From NCBI GenBank assembly GCA_965116905.1, contig OZ220732.1, positions 512,001 to 576,000 on the forward strand: 64,000 nucleotides of DNA, in the 5' to 3' direction. The DNA comes from Longimicrobiales bacterium (GTDB lineage Bacteria > Gemmatimonadota > Gemmatimonadetes > Longimicrobiales > Gaopeijiaceae). How positions within the stretch are numbered: position 1 is the stretch's first letter; each line of letters opens with the position of its first letter. Below, in pieces: positions 9,511-17,724 of this stretch. The position numbers and the translations under genes are program-made. A model generated the notes under the pieces. That model saw only the letters and a program-made list of their open reading frames with translations, had not been told where the DNA came from and did not search any database.

Positions 9511-9597
9511 TCAGTGATAGTCCACGTAATCCACATCGACCGCAGCGCCGTCTTCGAAGCGGAAGGTTACGCGCCAGTTGCCGGAAACCGACACCGC
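9511..9597 (-). pseudogene. higB: Truncated HigB (RelE/ParE-type) toxin, C-terminal 28 aa only
   Basis: AVSVSGNWRVTFRFEDGAAVDVDYVDYH*; in-frame stop at 9616-9618 upstream and no room for the N-terminus. Confidence 0.85.
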
Positions 9598-9669
9598 GTC
9601 TACGCCTGTCGCCTGTCAAGTGACAACCTGCGAAGACGGCCACCCACGCGACCCCGCGCCCGAAGCTAC

Positions 9670-11367
9670 TCACCCCTCCCAGGTCACCCGTCCCCCCGCC
9701 ACCGTCCGCAGCACCGGGATCTCCTTGATCGCGTCCGGGTCCGCGTCGTGCGGGTCCGCAGCCAATACCACGAAGTCCGCCAGCTTGCCGGCCGTCACCG
9801 ATCCCTTGATGTCCTCTTCGAACGACGCGTACGCGCCGCCCATCGTGCAGATCCGCATCGCCTCGGGCACGGTGATCCGCTGTCTCGGTCCCCACACGCG
9901 CCCGTCGAAGTCCTTTCGAGTGACCATGCTCTGGATCGCCATCAGCGGCTCGTAGGGCCCGGGCGTGTAGTCCGACGCCGGCGCCACCGGAATCTCGTAG
10001 TCCAGGAACGACCGGTGGGCGAACATCCACTCCATCTTCTCCGGCCCGTACTCGACCCACTTGTTCCCATGGTAGTGGGCGTAGGTATAGAAGGGCGTCG
10101 GCACCGCCCCGGCGGCCTTGATCCGCGCGAGAAGGTCGGGATTCACAAGCGAGCAGTGTTCAATACGATGCCTCGGGTCCGGCCTCGGCCACAGCTCCTG
10201 GACACGCTCGTACGCGTCCAGCACCATGCCGATCGTGACGTCGCCGTTGGCGTGGATGCCGACCTGCCACCCCGAGCGGTGCGCCACCTCGACGACGTCG
10301 TGGATGGAGTCCGGCGTCATGGTGAGAATGCCGTAGTCGTCGGGACGCCCGACGTACGGCGTGCTCATGCGCATGGTGCGTTCCGACGCCGAGCCGTCCG
10401 CCCCGTACTTGACCCCGCCGACGCGCAGCCACTCGTCGCCCAATCCGGTCGAGACGCCGGCCTGGCGCATGTCCTCGTAGGCGCCGCGCATCATCATGTA
10501 CACGCGGCAGCTCAGCTCGCCGTTGCGGTAGGCGGCACTGTACGCCCGCACGCTGTTGGACGACGTGCCCGCGTCGTGGAACGACGTCAGCCCCGCCTGC
10601 GCCATCAGCTCGGTGATGAGCTTGACGCCGGCGCGGCGGTCGTCGTCCGTGTGCGTGCTGGGGATCAGCGACGAGAAGACGTAGTTGGCGCGCTCCGCGA
10701 CCAGGCCGGTCAGCTCCCCATCCTCGCGGTCGAACCTGCCGCCGAACGGGTCAGGCGTCTCGGCCGTGATGCCCGCCGCCGCGAATGCCCGCGAGTTGTA
10801 GACGCTGGTGTGCCCGCCCCGGTGCCCCACCACCGCCGGGTGGTCCGGCACGGCGTCGTCCAGGTCCAGACGGTTGAGCGGCCGTCCCTCTGCCAACTTG
10901 GTGTCGTCGTACTTGAAGCCCTGGATCCATTCGCCGGGCGGCGTCTCGCGGGCCCGCGCGGCCATGCGGTCCTTGATCTCGGCGATGCTGCGCACGTCGA
11001 CGTTCACGTCCTTGAGCTCCCGCACGCCCGCACCCGCTGGGTGGGTGTGCGCGTCGATGAAGCCCGGCGTGATCACCGCGGACCCGTGGTCGAAGACCTG
11101 CGTGCCGGCCCCGCGGAGTGCCTCGATGTCGCCACGCGAGCCGACCGCCATGAAGCGGCCGTCCTTCACCGCGAACGACTCGGCCACGGGATTGTCGTCG
11201 TCCATCGTGTGGATGACGCGCCCGTGGACGATCAGGTCGGCCGTGGTCGCCGCGGACCCGTCGGTGCGAAGGACGACACCCGGGCCATCTCCGCAACCGG
11301 CCAGGAATCCGGCGCCGACGGTGCCCGTGGCCGCCCCCAGGAATTGGCCCCTCGTCAGTGACTTCAT
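9670..11367 (-). CDS. Amidohydrolase family 3 (YtcJ-like), exported lipoprotein
   Basis: PGFIDAHTH, DGSASERT, IHANGD, RHRIEHCS, GKLADFVVL; lipobox LAGC. Confidence 0.92.
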   Translation of the reverse strand: MKSLTRGQFLGAATGTVGAGFLAGCGDGPGVVLRTDGSAATTADLIVHGRVIHTMDDDNPVAESFAVKDGRFMAVGSRGDIEALRGAGTQVFDHGSAVITPGFIDAHTHPAGAGVRELKDVNVDVRSIAEIKDRMAARARETPPGEWIQGFKYDDTKLAEGRPLNRLDLDDAVPDHPAVVGHRGGHTSVYNSRAFAAAGITAETPDPFGGRFDREDGELTGLVAERANYVFSSLIPSTHTDDDRRAGVKLITELMAQAGLTSFHDAGTSSNSVRAYSAAYRNGELSCRVYMMMRGAYEDMRQAGVSTGLGDEWLRVGGVKYGADGSASERTMRMSTPYVGRPDDYGILTMTPDSIHDVVEVAHRSGWQVGIHANGDVTIGMVLDAYERVQELWPRPDPRHRIEHCSLVNPDLLARIKAAGAVPTPFYTYAHYHGNKWVEYGPEKMEWMFAHRSFLDYEIPVAPASDYTPGPYEPLMAIQSMVTRKDFDGRVWGPRQRITVPEAMRICTMGGAYASFEEDIKGSVTAGKLADFVVLAADPHDADPDAIKEIPVLRTVAGGRVTWEG

Positions 11368-11403
11368 GCGTTCCTCCTGCCTCCCCGCCCGCCATCGACG
11401 GGC

Positions 11404-11456
11404 GCTCTCGGTCCTGCCTGACTCAGCTCTCGGTCCTGCCAGACTCAGCTCTCGGT
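11404..11456. repeat. 22-bp tandem repeat, about 2.4 copies
   Basis: gctctcggtcctgcc(t/a)gactca twice, then gctctcggt. Confidence 0.85.
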
Positions 11457-11461
11457 TCCGA

Positions 11462-12274
11462 CTACCTCACCCGATCCCCGATGCGGCTTCCCCGCACCTC
11501 GGTGATCCACGGAAAGGGCCGGAACGAATCCCGGTCGTAGGAGAAGTAAATAAACGCCACCCGGCCCTTGAACCGCCAGCCTTCGAGCAGTCCCCAGCTC
11601 CGCGAGTCCAGGCTGTCGTCGCGGTTGTCGCCGAGCATGAAGTAGTGGTCCGGCGGGACCGCGAGGGGGCCCCAGTCGTCCCAGGTCGGCCGGTAGTCCT
11701 CCGTGGACCCGCCAACCAGATGGGCGTGCTGCCACGACATGTCCGGGTGTTGGTCGTCGCGGGGGCCAGCCGTGACCACGTAGGGCTCCTCCTGCGCCTC
11801 TCCGTTCAGGTACAGCACCTTGTCGCGCATCTCGAGCGTGTCGCCTGGCACGCCGACGACCCGCTTCACCAGGGTCATGTTCTCTTCGTGATGCGGGTCG
11901 AAGACCAGGATGTCCCGCCGCCGCGGCTCCGAGTAGCCGGGAATGCGGACGTCCGTGAAGGGAATCCGGGGACCGATCGCGAGCTTGTTGACGGCCAGAA
12001 AGTCGCCCACGAGCAGGGTGTTCTCCATGGACCCCGAGTCGATCACGTAGTTGCCCATCAGGAAGACCCGGATGAACAGGACGATGGCGGCCAGCGTGGC
12101 TACGTAACGGACCGATCCGAACAGTCCGCCGCGTCGTCCCGTCTCACGCGGCGCGCCCGCGCCCTTCTTCGCGCCCGCGACATTCTTCGCGCTGTCCCTC
12201 GTGGCGCTTCCCCGCTTCGCACGCGTGCCTTTCCCGGCGCTCCCCCGCTTCGCCCTGCGTCCCCTGCGGCCCAT
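11462..12274 (-). CDS. lepB: Signal peptidase I
   Basis: SGSMENTLLVGD, LVKRVVGVPGD, YFMLGDNRDDSLDSR; start uncertain. Confidence 0.92.
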   Translation of the reverse strand: MGRRGRRAKRGSAGKGTRAKRGSATRDSAKNVAGAKKGAGAPRETGRRGGLFGSVRYVATLAAIVLFIRVFLMGNYVIDSGSMENTLLVGDFLAVNKLAIGPRIPFTDVRIPGYSEPRRRDILVFDPHHEENMTLVKRVVGVPGDTLEMRDKVLYLNGEAQEEPYVVTAGPRDDQHPDMSWQHAHLVGGSTEDYRPTWDDWGPLAVPPDHYFMLGDNRDDSLDSRSWGLLEGWRFKGRVAFIYFSYDRDSFRPFPWITEVRGSRIGDRVR

Positions 12275-12284
12275 CCCGCGCCCG

Positions 12285-13796
12285 TCAGCCTCCGCGTGCC
12301 GCCCGCGTGAACGGGCCACCCACCACGCGCTTCACATCGTCCATTTCGGCCCCCGCTCCGGGCGGCGGCTGCGTCACGAGGCTCACGGCAATCGTTACGG
12401 CGAACCCGACCGCAAACCCCGGGATCATCTCGTACAGGTCGTAGACGTGCTCCTTCACCAGCAGCACCCAGAGCACCGCCGTAGCGAAACCCGCGATCAT
12501 GCCCGCGAGCGCGCCCGCGCGGGTCGTCCCCCGCCAGAAGAGCGAGCACAGCACGACCGGGGTAAACGCCGACGCCAGCCCCGACCACGCGAACAACACG
12601 AACCAGAAGATCATGCGGCTTTCGGGCAGCGCCACCGCCAGTCCCCCGAGCCCGATCACCACCGTCAGCCCGCGGCCGATCAGCGCCAGGCGTCGGTCCG
12701 AAAAGTCCGGCCGGAACACCTTCTGCACCGTGTCCCGGACCACCGCCGACGAGGCCAGGATCAGCAGCGAGTCCACCGTCGACATGATCGCCGCCAGCAC
12801 GACCACCAGGATCACGCCCGCGACGATCGCCGGGAACAGCTCCGTCGACATCACCGGCAGCACCGTCTCGGGGTCGCCCAGCCCCGGAAACAGGACGCGC
12901 CCGGCCACGCCGGTTAGCACGGCCCCGATGTCGAAGACGATGATGCAGGCCACCGCGATCACTCCGCCCTCCGAAATCTGCCCCCGGTCTCGCGCCGACA
13001 TGAACCGGGTCAGCAACTGCGGCGCCCCCAGGAACGCGAGGCCGATCCCCACGAAGCTTATCGCGCTCATCACGCCCATCACCGACATCCCGTGCTCGCC
13101 CATGGGCCTGAGTAGCGCCGGATCCGCCGCGCCGATCGCCGCCATGGTCTCGCTCCATCCGCCGGCCTGCCAGATCCCCACGATCGGCAGCACGAGCAGG
13201 CACAGGAACATGAGCACGCCCTGCAGGACGTCGCTGTACGCCACCGCCTTGAAGCCGCCGATGCTCGTGTAGACGAAGATCACGGCAGCGCCGATCAGCA
13301 CGCCCCCCTCGTAGCTCGTGCCCAGAAACGACGAGAACGCCTTCCCCGAGGCGGTGAGCTGCGCGGCGGTATACGCCCACACCATGCTGAAGATGATCAG
13401 CGCGCTCACGATCCGGATCGCGTGCGCGGGGTCCCTGAAGCGGTCGGAGAGGTAGTCGGGCACCGTGATCGCGTCGTAGCGGTCGGTGTACTCCTTGAAC
13501 GGCCGCGCGACCAGCGTCCACGCGAGCGCCACCCCGATCACCTCGCCGAGGACGACCCACAGGGCATGGAACCCCACGAGATAGCCCATGCCCGTCAGCC
13601 CCAGCAGCAGCCACCCGCTCTCGCCGGTCGTGTTCGACGAAAACGCGATCACCCACGACGGCAGCTTCTTCCCCGCCAGGTAGAACCCAGACACGGAACG
13701 GCTCTCGCGACTCGCCCACCATCCGATCCCGATGAGGATCGCGAAGTAGAAGACGAGGACGCCGACAATCGCCCCGCTGGCGCCTGCGTCACCCAC
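12285..13796 (-). CDS. Sodium:solute symporter (PutP-like)
   Basis: ESGWLLLGLTG, GGFKAVAYSD, AAIMSTVDS, LYEMIPGF; many TM segments. Confidence 0.92.
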   Translation of the reverse strand: MGDAGASGAIVGVLVFYFAILIGIGWWASRESRSVSGFYLAGKKLPSWVIAFSSNTTGESGWLLLGLTGMGYLVGFHALWVVLGEVIGVALAWTLVARPFKEYTDRYDAITVPDYLSDRFRDPAHAIRIVSALIIFSMVWAYTAAQLTASGKAFSSFLGTSYEGGVLIGAAVIFVYTSIGGFKAVAYSDVLQGVLMFLCLLVLPIVGIWQAGGWSETMAAIGAADPALLRPMGEHGMSVMGVMSAISFVGIGLAFLGAPQLLTRFMSARDRGQISEGGVIAVACIIVFDIGAVLTGVAGRVLFPGLGDPETVLPVMSTELFPAIVAGVILVVVLAAIMSTVDSLLILASSAVVRDTVQKVFRPDFSDRRLALIGRGLTVVIGLGGLAVALPESRMIFWFVLFAWSGLASAFTPVVLCSLFWRGTTRAGALAGMIAGFATAVLWVLLVKEHVYDLYEMIPGFAVGFAVTIAVSLVTQPPPGAGAEMDDVKRVVGGPFTRAARGG

Positions 13797-13926
13797 GGCT
13801 GTCGCCGCTTTGCTGTCCGCGATCCGCGCCGGCGTGCACCTTGTACGCCGCCACGACCAGCACCAGACCCGGCAGCGTGCTCACCACCATCAGGAGCCAG
13901 ATGCCGAGGGGGAGGCCGGCGATCAT
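13789..13926 (-). CDS. Small single-TM protein upstream of the symporter (45 aa)
   Basis: MIAGLPLGIWLLMVVSTLPGLVLVVAAYK; stop overlaps the symporter start by 8 nt. Confidence 0.6.
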   Translation of the reverse strand: MIAGLPLGIWLLMVVSTLPGLVLVVAAYKVHAGADRGQQSGDSRG

Positions 13927-13945
13927 CGCGGTGCCGATCCGGCGA

Positions 13946-15259
13946 TCACCGGGCCGCCTCGACCGACGCACAGGCCCGGCCCAGGCGCCCGATCACCTCG
14001 TCGACCTCGCCCTTCGAGATCAGCAGCGAAGGCCCCAGCCGGATCACGTGGCCGTGCAGTCCCCCGATCCCGATCAGGAGGCCCTCATCCCTGGCGGCGT
14101 TCAGCAGCATGCCCGCCAGGCGCGGCGCCGGCTCCTTCGTGACCGGGTCCTCGACGAGTTCCAGCGCCTGCATGAGCCCCAACCCGCGCACCTCGCCGAT
14201 CCAGTGGTGCGTGGCCGCCAGGCCGTCGAGGGCGGCGCGGAACTGCTCGCCGCGCTTGCTGGCCCGGGTCCGCACGTCTTCCGCGCGCATGACGTCCAGC
14301 GCGGCCACCATGGCGGCCATGCACACCGGGTTGCCCCCGAAGGTGGACAGCGTCTTCCCGCGCCAGTTGCCCGCGATCTCGTCGGTGGTGATGGTGGCGC
14401 CCACGGGCATGCCCCCCGCGATCCCCTTGGCCATGACCATGATGTCGGGCACGACGTCCCAGTGCTCGATCCCGAACCAGCGGCCACCCGTGCGTCCGAA
14501 CCCGGCCTGCACCTCGTCCGAGATGAAGACGCCGCCGTACGAACGAATGATCTCCGCCATTCGCTGGAAGTAGCCCTTCGGCGGCACGATATAGCCGCCG
14601 ACACCCTGGATCGTCTCGGCGATGAAGGCGGCGGGACGCCCGTTCGTCGTCGTCTCGATCACTTCGATCAGGTCGCGCGCGTAGATCTCGACCAGTTCCT
14701 CGTCGCTGCAGGCCCCGAATGGAGCGCGGTACGGGTACGGCGAGAGCGCATGCGTGATCCCGGTCACCGTGCTGGGAAGGACGCGCCACGGGGCGTGCGC
14801 GGTGGCCGAGATGGCCGAGCTGGTGCGGCCGTGGTACGCCTGGCGCAGCGCGATGATCTCGGTGCGGCCCGTGTGCAGCCGCGCGGCCTGCAGCGCGGTC
14901 TCGATCGCCTCCGCGCCGCTGTTCAGAAAGAAGGTCCGGGTAAGGCCGCCCGGCGCGATCCCGGCCAGGGACCGCGCCGCCTCGACCTGACGTTCGTTGA
15001 CGTACAGCGTCGAAGTGTGCCCCAGGCGGGCCGCCTGTTCCTGCACGGCCCCGACCACCGCGGGATGGCAGTGGCCCAGCGAGGTGGTCAGGATCCCCGC
15101 GAAGGCATCCAGGTACTCCCGCCCGTCGGCATCCTCCACCCAGCACCCCTTGCCCTCGGCGATCGCCACCGGCTCCGCGTACAGAGGCGTCACGCAGTCG
15201 AAGATGTACTTCCGCTGCTCTGCGAAGATCCCGGCCCCTCGGCTTGCCACTGCTTCCAT
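13946..15259 (-). CDS. Class III PLP aminotransferase (omega-amino acid / AGXT2-like)
   Basis: YLDAFAG, NSGAEA, AETIQGVGG, DEVQAGFGRTG, MAKGIAGG, STFGGNP. Confidence 0.92.
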   Translation of the reverse strand: MEAVASRGAGIFAEQRKYIFDCVTPLYAEPVAIAEGKGCWVEDADGREYLDAFAGILTTSLGHCHPAVVGAVQEQAARLGHTSTLYVNERQVEAARSLAGIAPGGLTRTFFLNSGAEAIETALQAARLHTGRTEIIALRQAYHGRTSSAISATAHAPWRVLPSTVTGITHALSPYPYRAPFGACSDEELVEIYARDLIEVIETTTNGRPAAFIAETIQGVGGYIVPPKGYFQRMAEIIRSYGGVFISDEVQAGFGRTGGRWFGIEHWDVVPDIMVMAKGIAGGMPVGATITTDEIAGNWRGKTLSTFGGNPVCMAAMVAALDVMRAEDVRTRASKRGEQFRAALDGLAATHHWIGEVRGLGLMQALELVEDPVTKEPAPRLAGMLLNAARDEGLLIGIGGLHGHVIRLGPSLLISKGEVDEVIGRLGRACASVEAAR

Positions 15260-15279
15260 GTGCTCTGTCCCGTGTTGGT

Positions 15280-16740
15280 CTACCACCTCGAAATCACCAC
15301 CCGCTGGTCGGTGAAGAACGAAACCGCGTCGCGGCCCTGTGCCTTGAGGTCGCCGTAGAACGAGTTGCGGGTGCCGCCGAAGGGGAAGAACGCCATCGGT
15401 GCGGCGACCCCGATGTTGATCCCGATCATCGAGATCCCCGCACGGTAGCGGAACTCCCGCGCGGCGCGGCCAGAGTTGGTGAAGATCGACGCGGCGTTGC
15501 CGTAGCGGCTGCCGGCCAGCATCTCCAGCGCGGCCTCCAGGCTCGGCGTCCGCGCCAGCCCGGCGACCGGGCCGAACACCTCTTCGCGGCCAATCGGCAT
15601 CGCGGGCGTGACGTCCTCGAAGACGGTGGGGCCGACCCAGTGGCCGCGCGGGTACCCGGGCACCTTCGCGCCGCGGCCGTCCATGAGCAGTCGCGCGCCG
15701 TCGCGCTCGCCCTCGTCGATGAACGACGTGACCCGGTCGCGGTGCGCTCCGGATATCACCGGGCCCATGTCCACGCCGTCGTCCAGACCCCGCCCCACCT
15801 TGAGCGACGCGGCCCCGTCGAGGATGCCCTCGCGCATCGGCCCGTACGCGTCCCCCACCCCCACCACCACCGACCCAGCCAGGCAACGCTGCCCCGCGGA
15901 CCCGAACACCGAGCCCACGACCGCTTCGGCCACCATCTCCGGATCGGCGTCGGGCAGCACGATCATGTGGTTCTTGGCACCGCCCAGCGCCTGCACCCGC
16001 TTCCCGGCGAGCGCGGCCCGCTCGTAGATGACCTTCGCCACCTGGCTTGACCCCACGAACGACACGCCCGCCACGTCGGGGTGGTCGATCAGCGCCTCCA
16101 CCGTCCCCTTGCGGCCGTGCACCACGTTGAGCACGCCCGGCGGCAGCCCCGCCTGCTCGGCAAGTTCGACCACGCGCTGGTGCGTGAGCGGGTCCTGTTC
16201 GCTCGGCTTGAGCACCACCGTGTTCCCCGCGGCGACCGCGTAGGGCCAGAACCACAGCGGAATCATGACGGGGAAGTTGTACGGGGTGATCACCGCGAAC
16301 ACCCCGATCGGCTGCCGCCATGTCGCGCAGTCCACGCCGCGGGCCACATCCTCCAGGGCATCGCCCATCATCAGGGTGGGCATGCCGGCGGCGTGCTCGA
16401 CGTTCTCGATGCCGCGCTGCACCTCGCCCCACGTCTCCGCCACGTTCTTGCCGTGCTCGCGCGAGAGGCGCACCGCGAGGTCGTCGTGGTGCTCGTTCAA
16501 CAGCGCCTTGAGGCGGAACAGCACGCGCGCACGCTCCACGACGGGGGTGCGCCGCCAGGACGGGAAGGCCGCAACGGCTGCCGCGACCGCGCGGTCCACG
16601 TCGGCCCGGCCCGAGAGGGGCACGGCGCCAAGCGTCTCTCCGGTCGCCGGGTCCGTGACCGCGAACTTCTCGCAGGCGTCCCCTGGCAGCCACTCTCCGG
16701 CTACGTAATTGGCGGCGAGGCCGCGTGAGGTGGTCGGCAT
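15280..16740 (-). CDS. mmsA: CoA-acylating (methyl)malonate-semialdehyde dehydrogenase
   Basis: PYNFPVMIPLW, GKRVQALGGAKNH, GSAGQRCLA, GINIGVAAP, SFYGDL. Confidence 0.93.
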   Translation of the reverse strand: MPTTSRGLAANYVAGEWLPGDACEKFAVTDPATGETLGAVPLSGRADVDRAVAAAVAAFPSWRRTPVVERARVLFRLKALLNEHHDDLAVRLSREHGKNVAETWGEVQRGIENVEHAAGMPTLMMGDALEDVARGVDCATWRQPIGVFAVITPYNFPVMIPLWFWPYAVAAGNTVVLKPSEQDPLTHQRVVELAEQAGLPPGVLNVVHGRKGTVEALIDHPDVAGVSFVGSSQVAKVIYERAALAGKRVQALGGAKNHMIVLPDADPEMVAEAVVGSVFGSAGQRCLAGSVVVGVGDAYGPMREGILDGAASLKVGRGLDDGVDMGPVISGAHRDRVTSFIDEGERDGARLLMDGRGAKVPGYPRGHWVGPTVFEDVTPAMPIGREEVFGPVAGLARTPSLEAALEMLAGSRYGNAASIFTNSGRAAREFRYRAGISMIGINIGVAAPMAFFPFGGTRNSFYGDLKAQGRDAVSFFTDQRVVISRW

Positions 16741-16744
16741 TCTC

Positions 16745-17221
16745 CTACACCTCCTCGGAAGTCGCAGCGGCCATGCCGACGATGCGCTCGTATTCCGCCT
16801 CGGTCACCGGCTGTACGGAAAGGCGGCTGCGGTTCACCAGGACCATCTCGGCGAGCTCGGGCGTGGCGCGAATCTGCGGAAGGCTCACCTCGCGCGCGAA
16901 CTTCTCGACGAAGCGGACGTCGACCATGAACCAGCGGGGGTTCTCGTCGGTCGCCTTGGGGTCGAAGTACTTGCTGTCCGGGTCGAACTGCGTGTGGTCG
17001 GGGTAGGACTCGCGGCAGACTTCGGCGATCCCGGCGACGCCGGGGGGCTTGGCGTTGGAGTGGTAATAGAGGACGCGGTCGCCGATGCGCATCCTGTCAC
17101 GCATGAGGTTGCGGGCGGCGTAGTTGCGGACGCCGTCCCAGTAGGTCGTGCCGTCGCGCTCGAGATCGTCGATCGAGTAGACGTAGGGTTCGCTCTTCAT
17201 GAGCCAGTACTGGCGGGCCAT
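16745..17221 (-). CDS. EVE domain protein (THYN1-like)
   Basis: YWLMKSEP, WDGVRNYAARN, YYHSN, NPRWFMVDV, SRLSVQPVT. Confidence 0.95.
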   Translation of the reverse strand: MARQYWLMKSEPYVYSIDDLERDGTTYWDGVRNYAARNLMRDRMRIGDRVLYYHSNAKPPGVAGIAEVCRESYPDHTQFDPDSKYFDPKATDENPRWFMVDVRFVEKFAREVSLPQIRATPELAEMVLVNRSRLSVQPVTEAEYERIVGMAAATSEEV

Positions 17222-17358
17222 CGGAGTCCTCTGAGGCGTGGGCGGGGGCGTGGGCCCGGTGTGCGGGCCGAGTGTGGGGGCCGGGTTCGGGGGCTTGTGG
17301 ACGCCCCAAGATACAACGCGGCGGGGCGGCGCGCCGGGTGGGTGGTCGATATTGAGAC

Positions 17359-17387
17359 TTGCGATATAAAGATTATCTATATATCAT
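17359..17387 (+). promoter_or_regulatory. Sigma70-type promoter with overlapping 23-bp palindromic operator
   Basis: TTGCGA-N17-TATCAT; GATATAAAGAT-T-ATCTATATATC at 17363-17385 (11-bp arms, 1 mismatch). Confidence 0.7.
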
Positions 17388-17394
17388 GATCGTC

Positions 17395-17724
17395 ATGACG
17401 CAGATCACACTGTCCAAGCGGATCAACGAGCTCCTTGTGCTGGCGGTACTGGATTCCGGTCCCGCGCACGGCTACCAGATCGCCCTGTCGGTGGAGGAGC
17501 GGACCGCCAGCGCCTTCTCCTTCCAGCATGGCACGCTCTATCCCATCCTGCATCGGATCGAGGCGGAAGGCCGGGTGCGCGGCGAATGGCACGGTGTGGG
17601 GCGGCGTCGCAAGACCTACGAGATCACCGACGCCGGGCGCGCCGATCTGGCTTCCGGCGCCGCTGAACTGGAGCGGCAGTTCCGCGCCCTGCTGGGCCTG
17701 CTAAGGGGGACACATGCCGCGTGA
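17395..17724 (+). CDS. PadR family transcriptional regulator
   Basis: PAHGYQI, GTLYPILHRIE, RRRKTYEITDAGR; start 17395 or 17386. Confidence 0.93.
   Translation: MTQITLSKRINELLVLAVLDSGPAHGYQIALSVEERTASAFSFQHGTLYPILHRIEAEGRVRGEWHGVGRRRKTYEITDAGRADLASGAAELERQFRALLGLLRGTHAA

Noticed and set aside
6000..9670. Integron cassette array or prophage remnant
   Set aside because: No integrase, no attC-like RYYYAAC...GTTRRRY stems recognised between modules, and no phage genes.
9212..10060. 282-aa extended HigA
   Set aside because: The extension overlaps the amidohydrolase and the higB relic; the SD supports a start at 9499.
11404..11456. Possible mini-CRISPR
   Set aside because: Units are contiguous with no spacers and there are no cas genes.
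13946..16693. Apparent 915-aa aminotransferase fusion
   Set aside because: The N-terminal half is an alternate frame over mmsA; the real gene starts near 15259.
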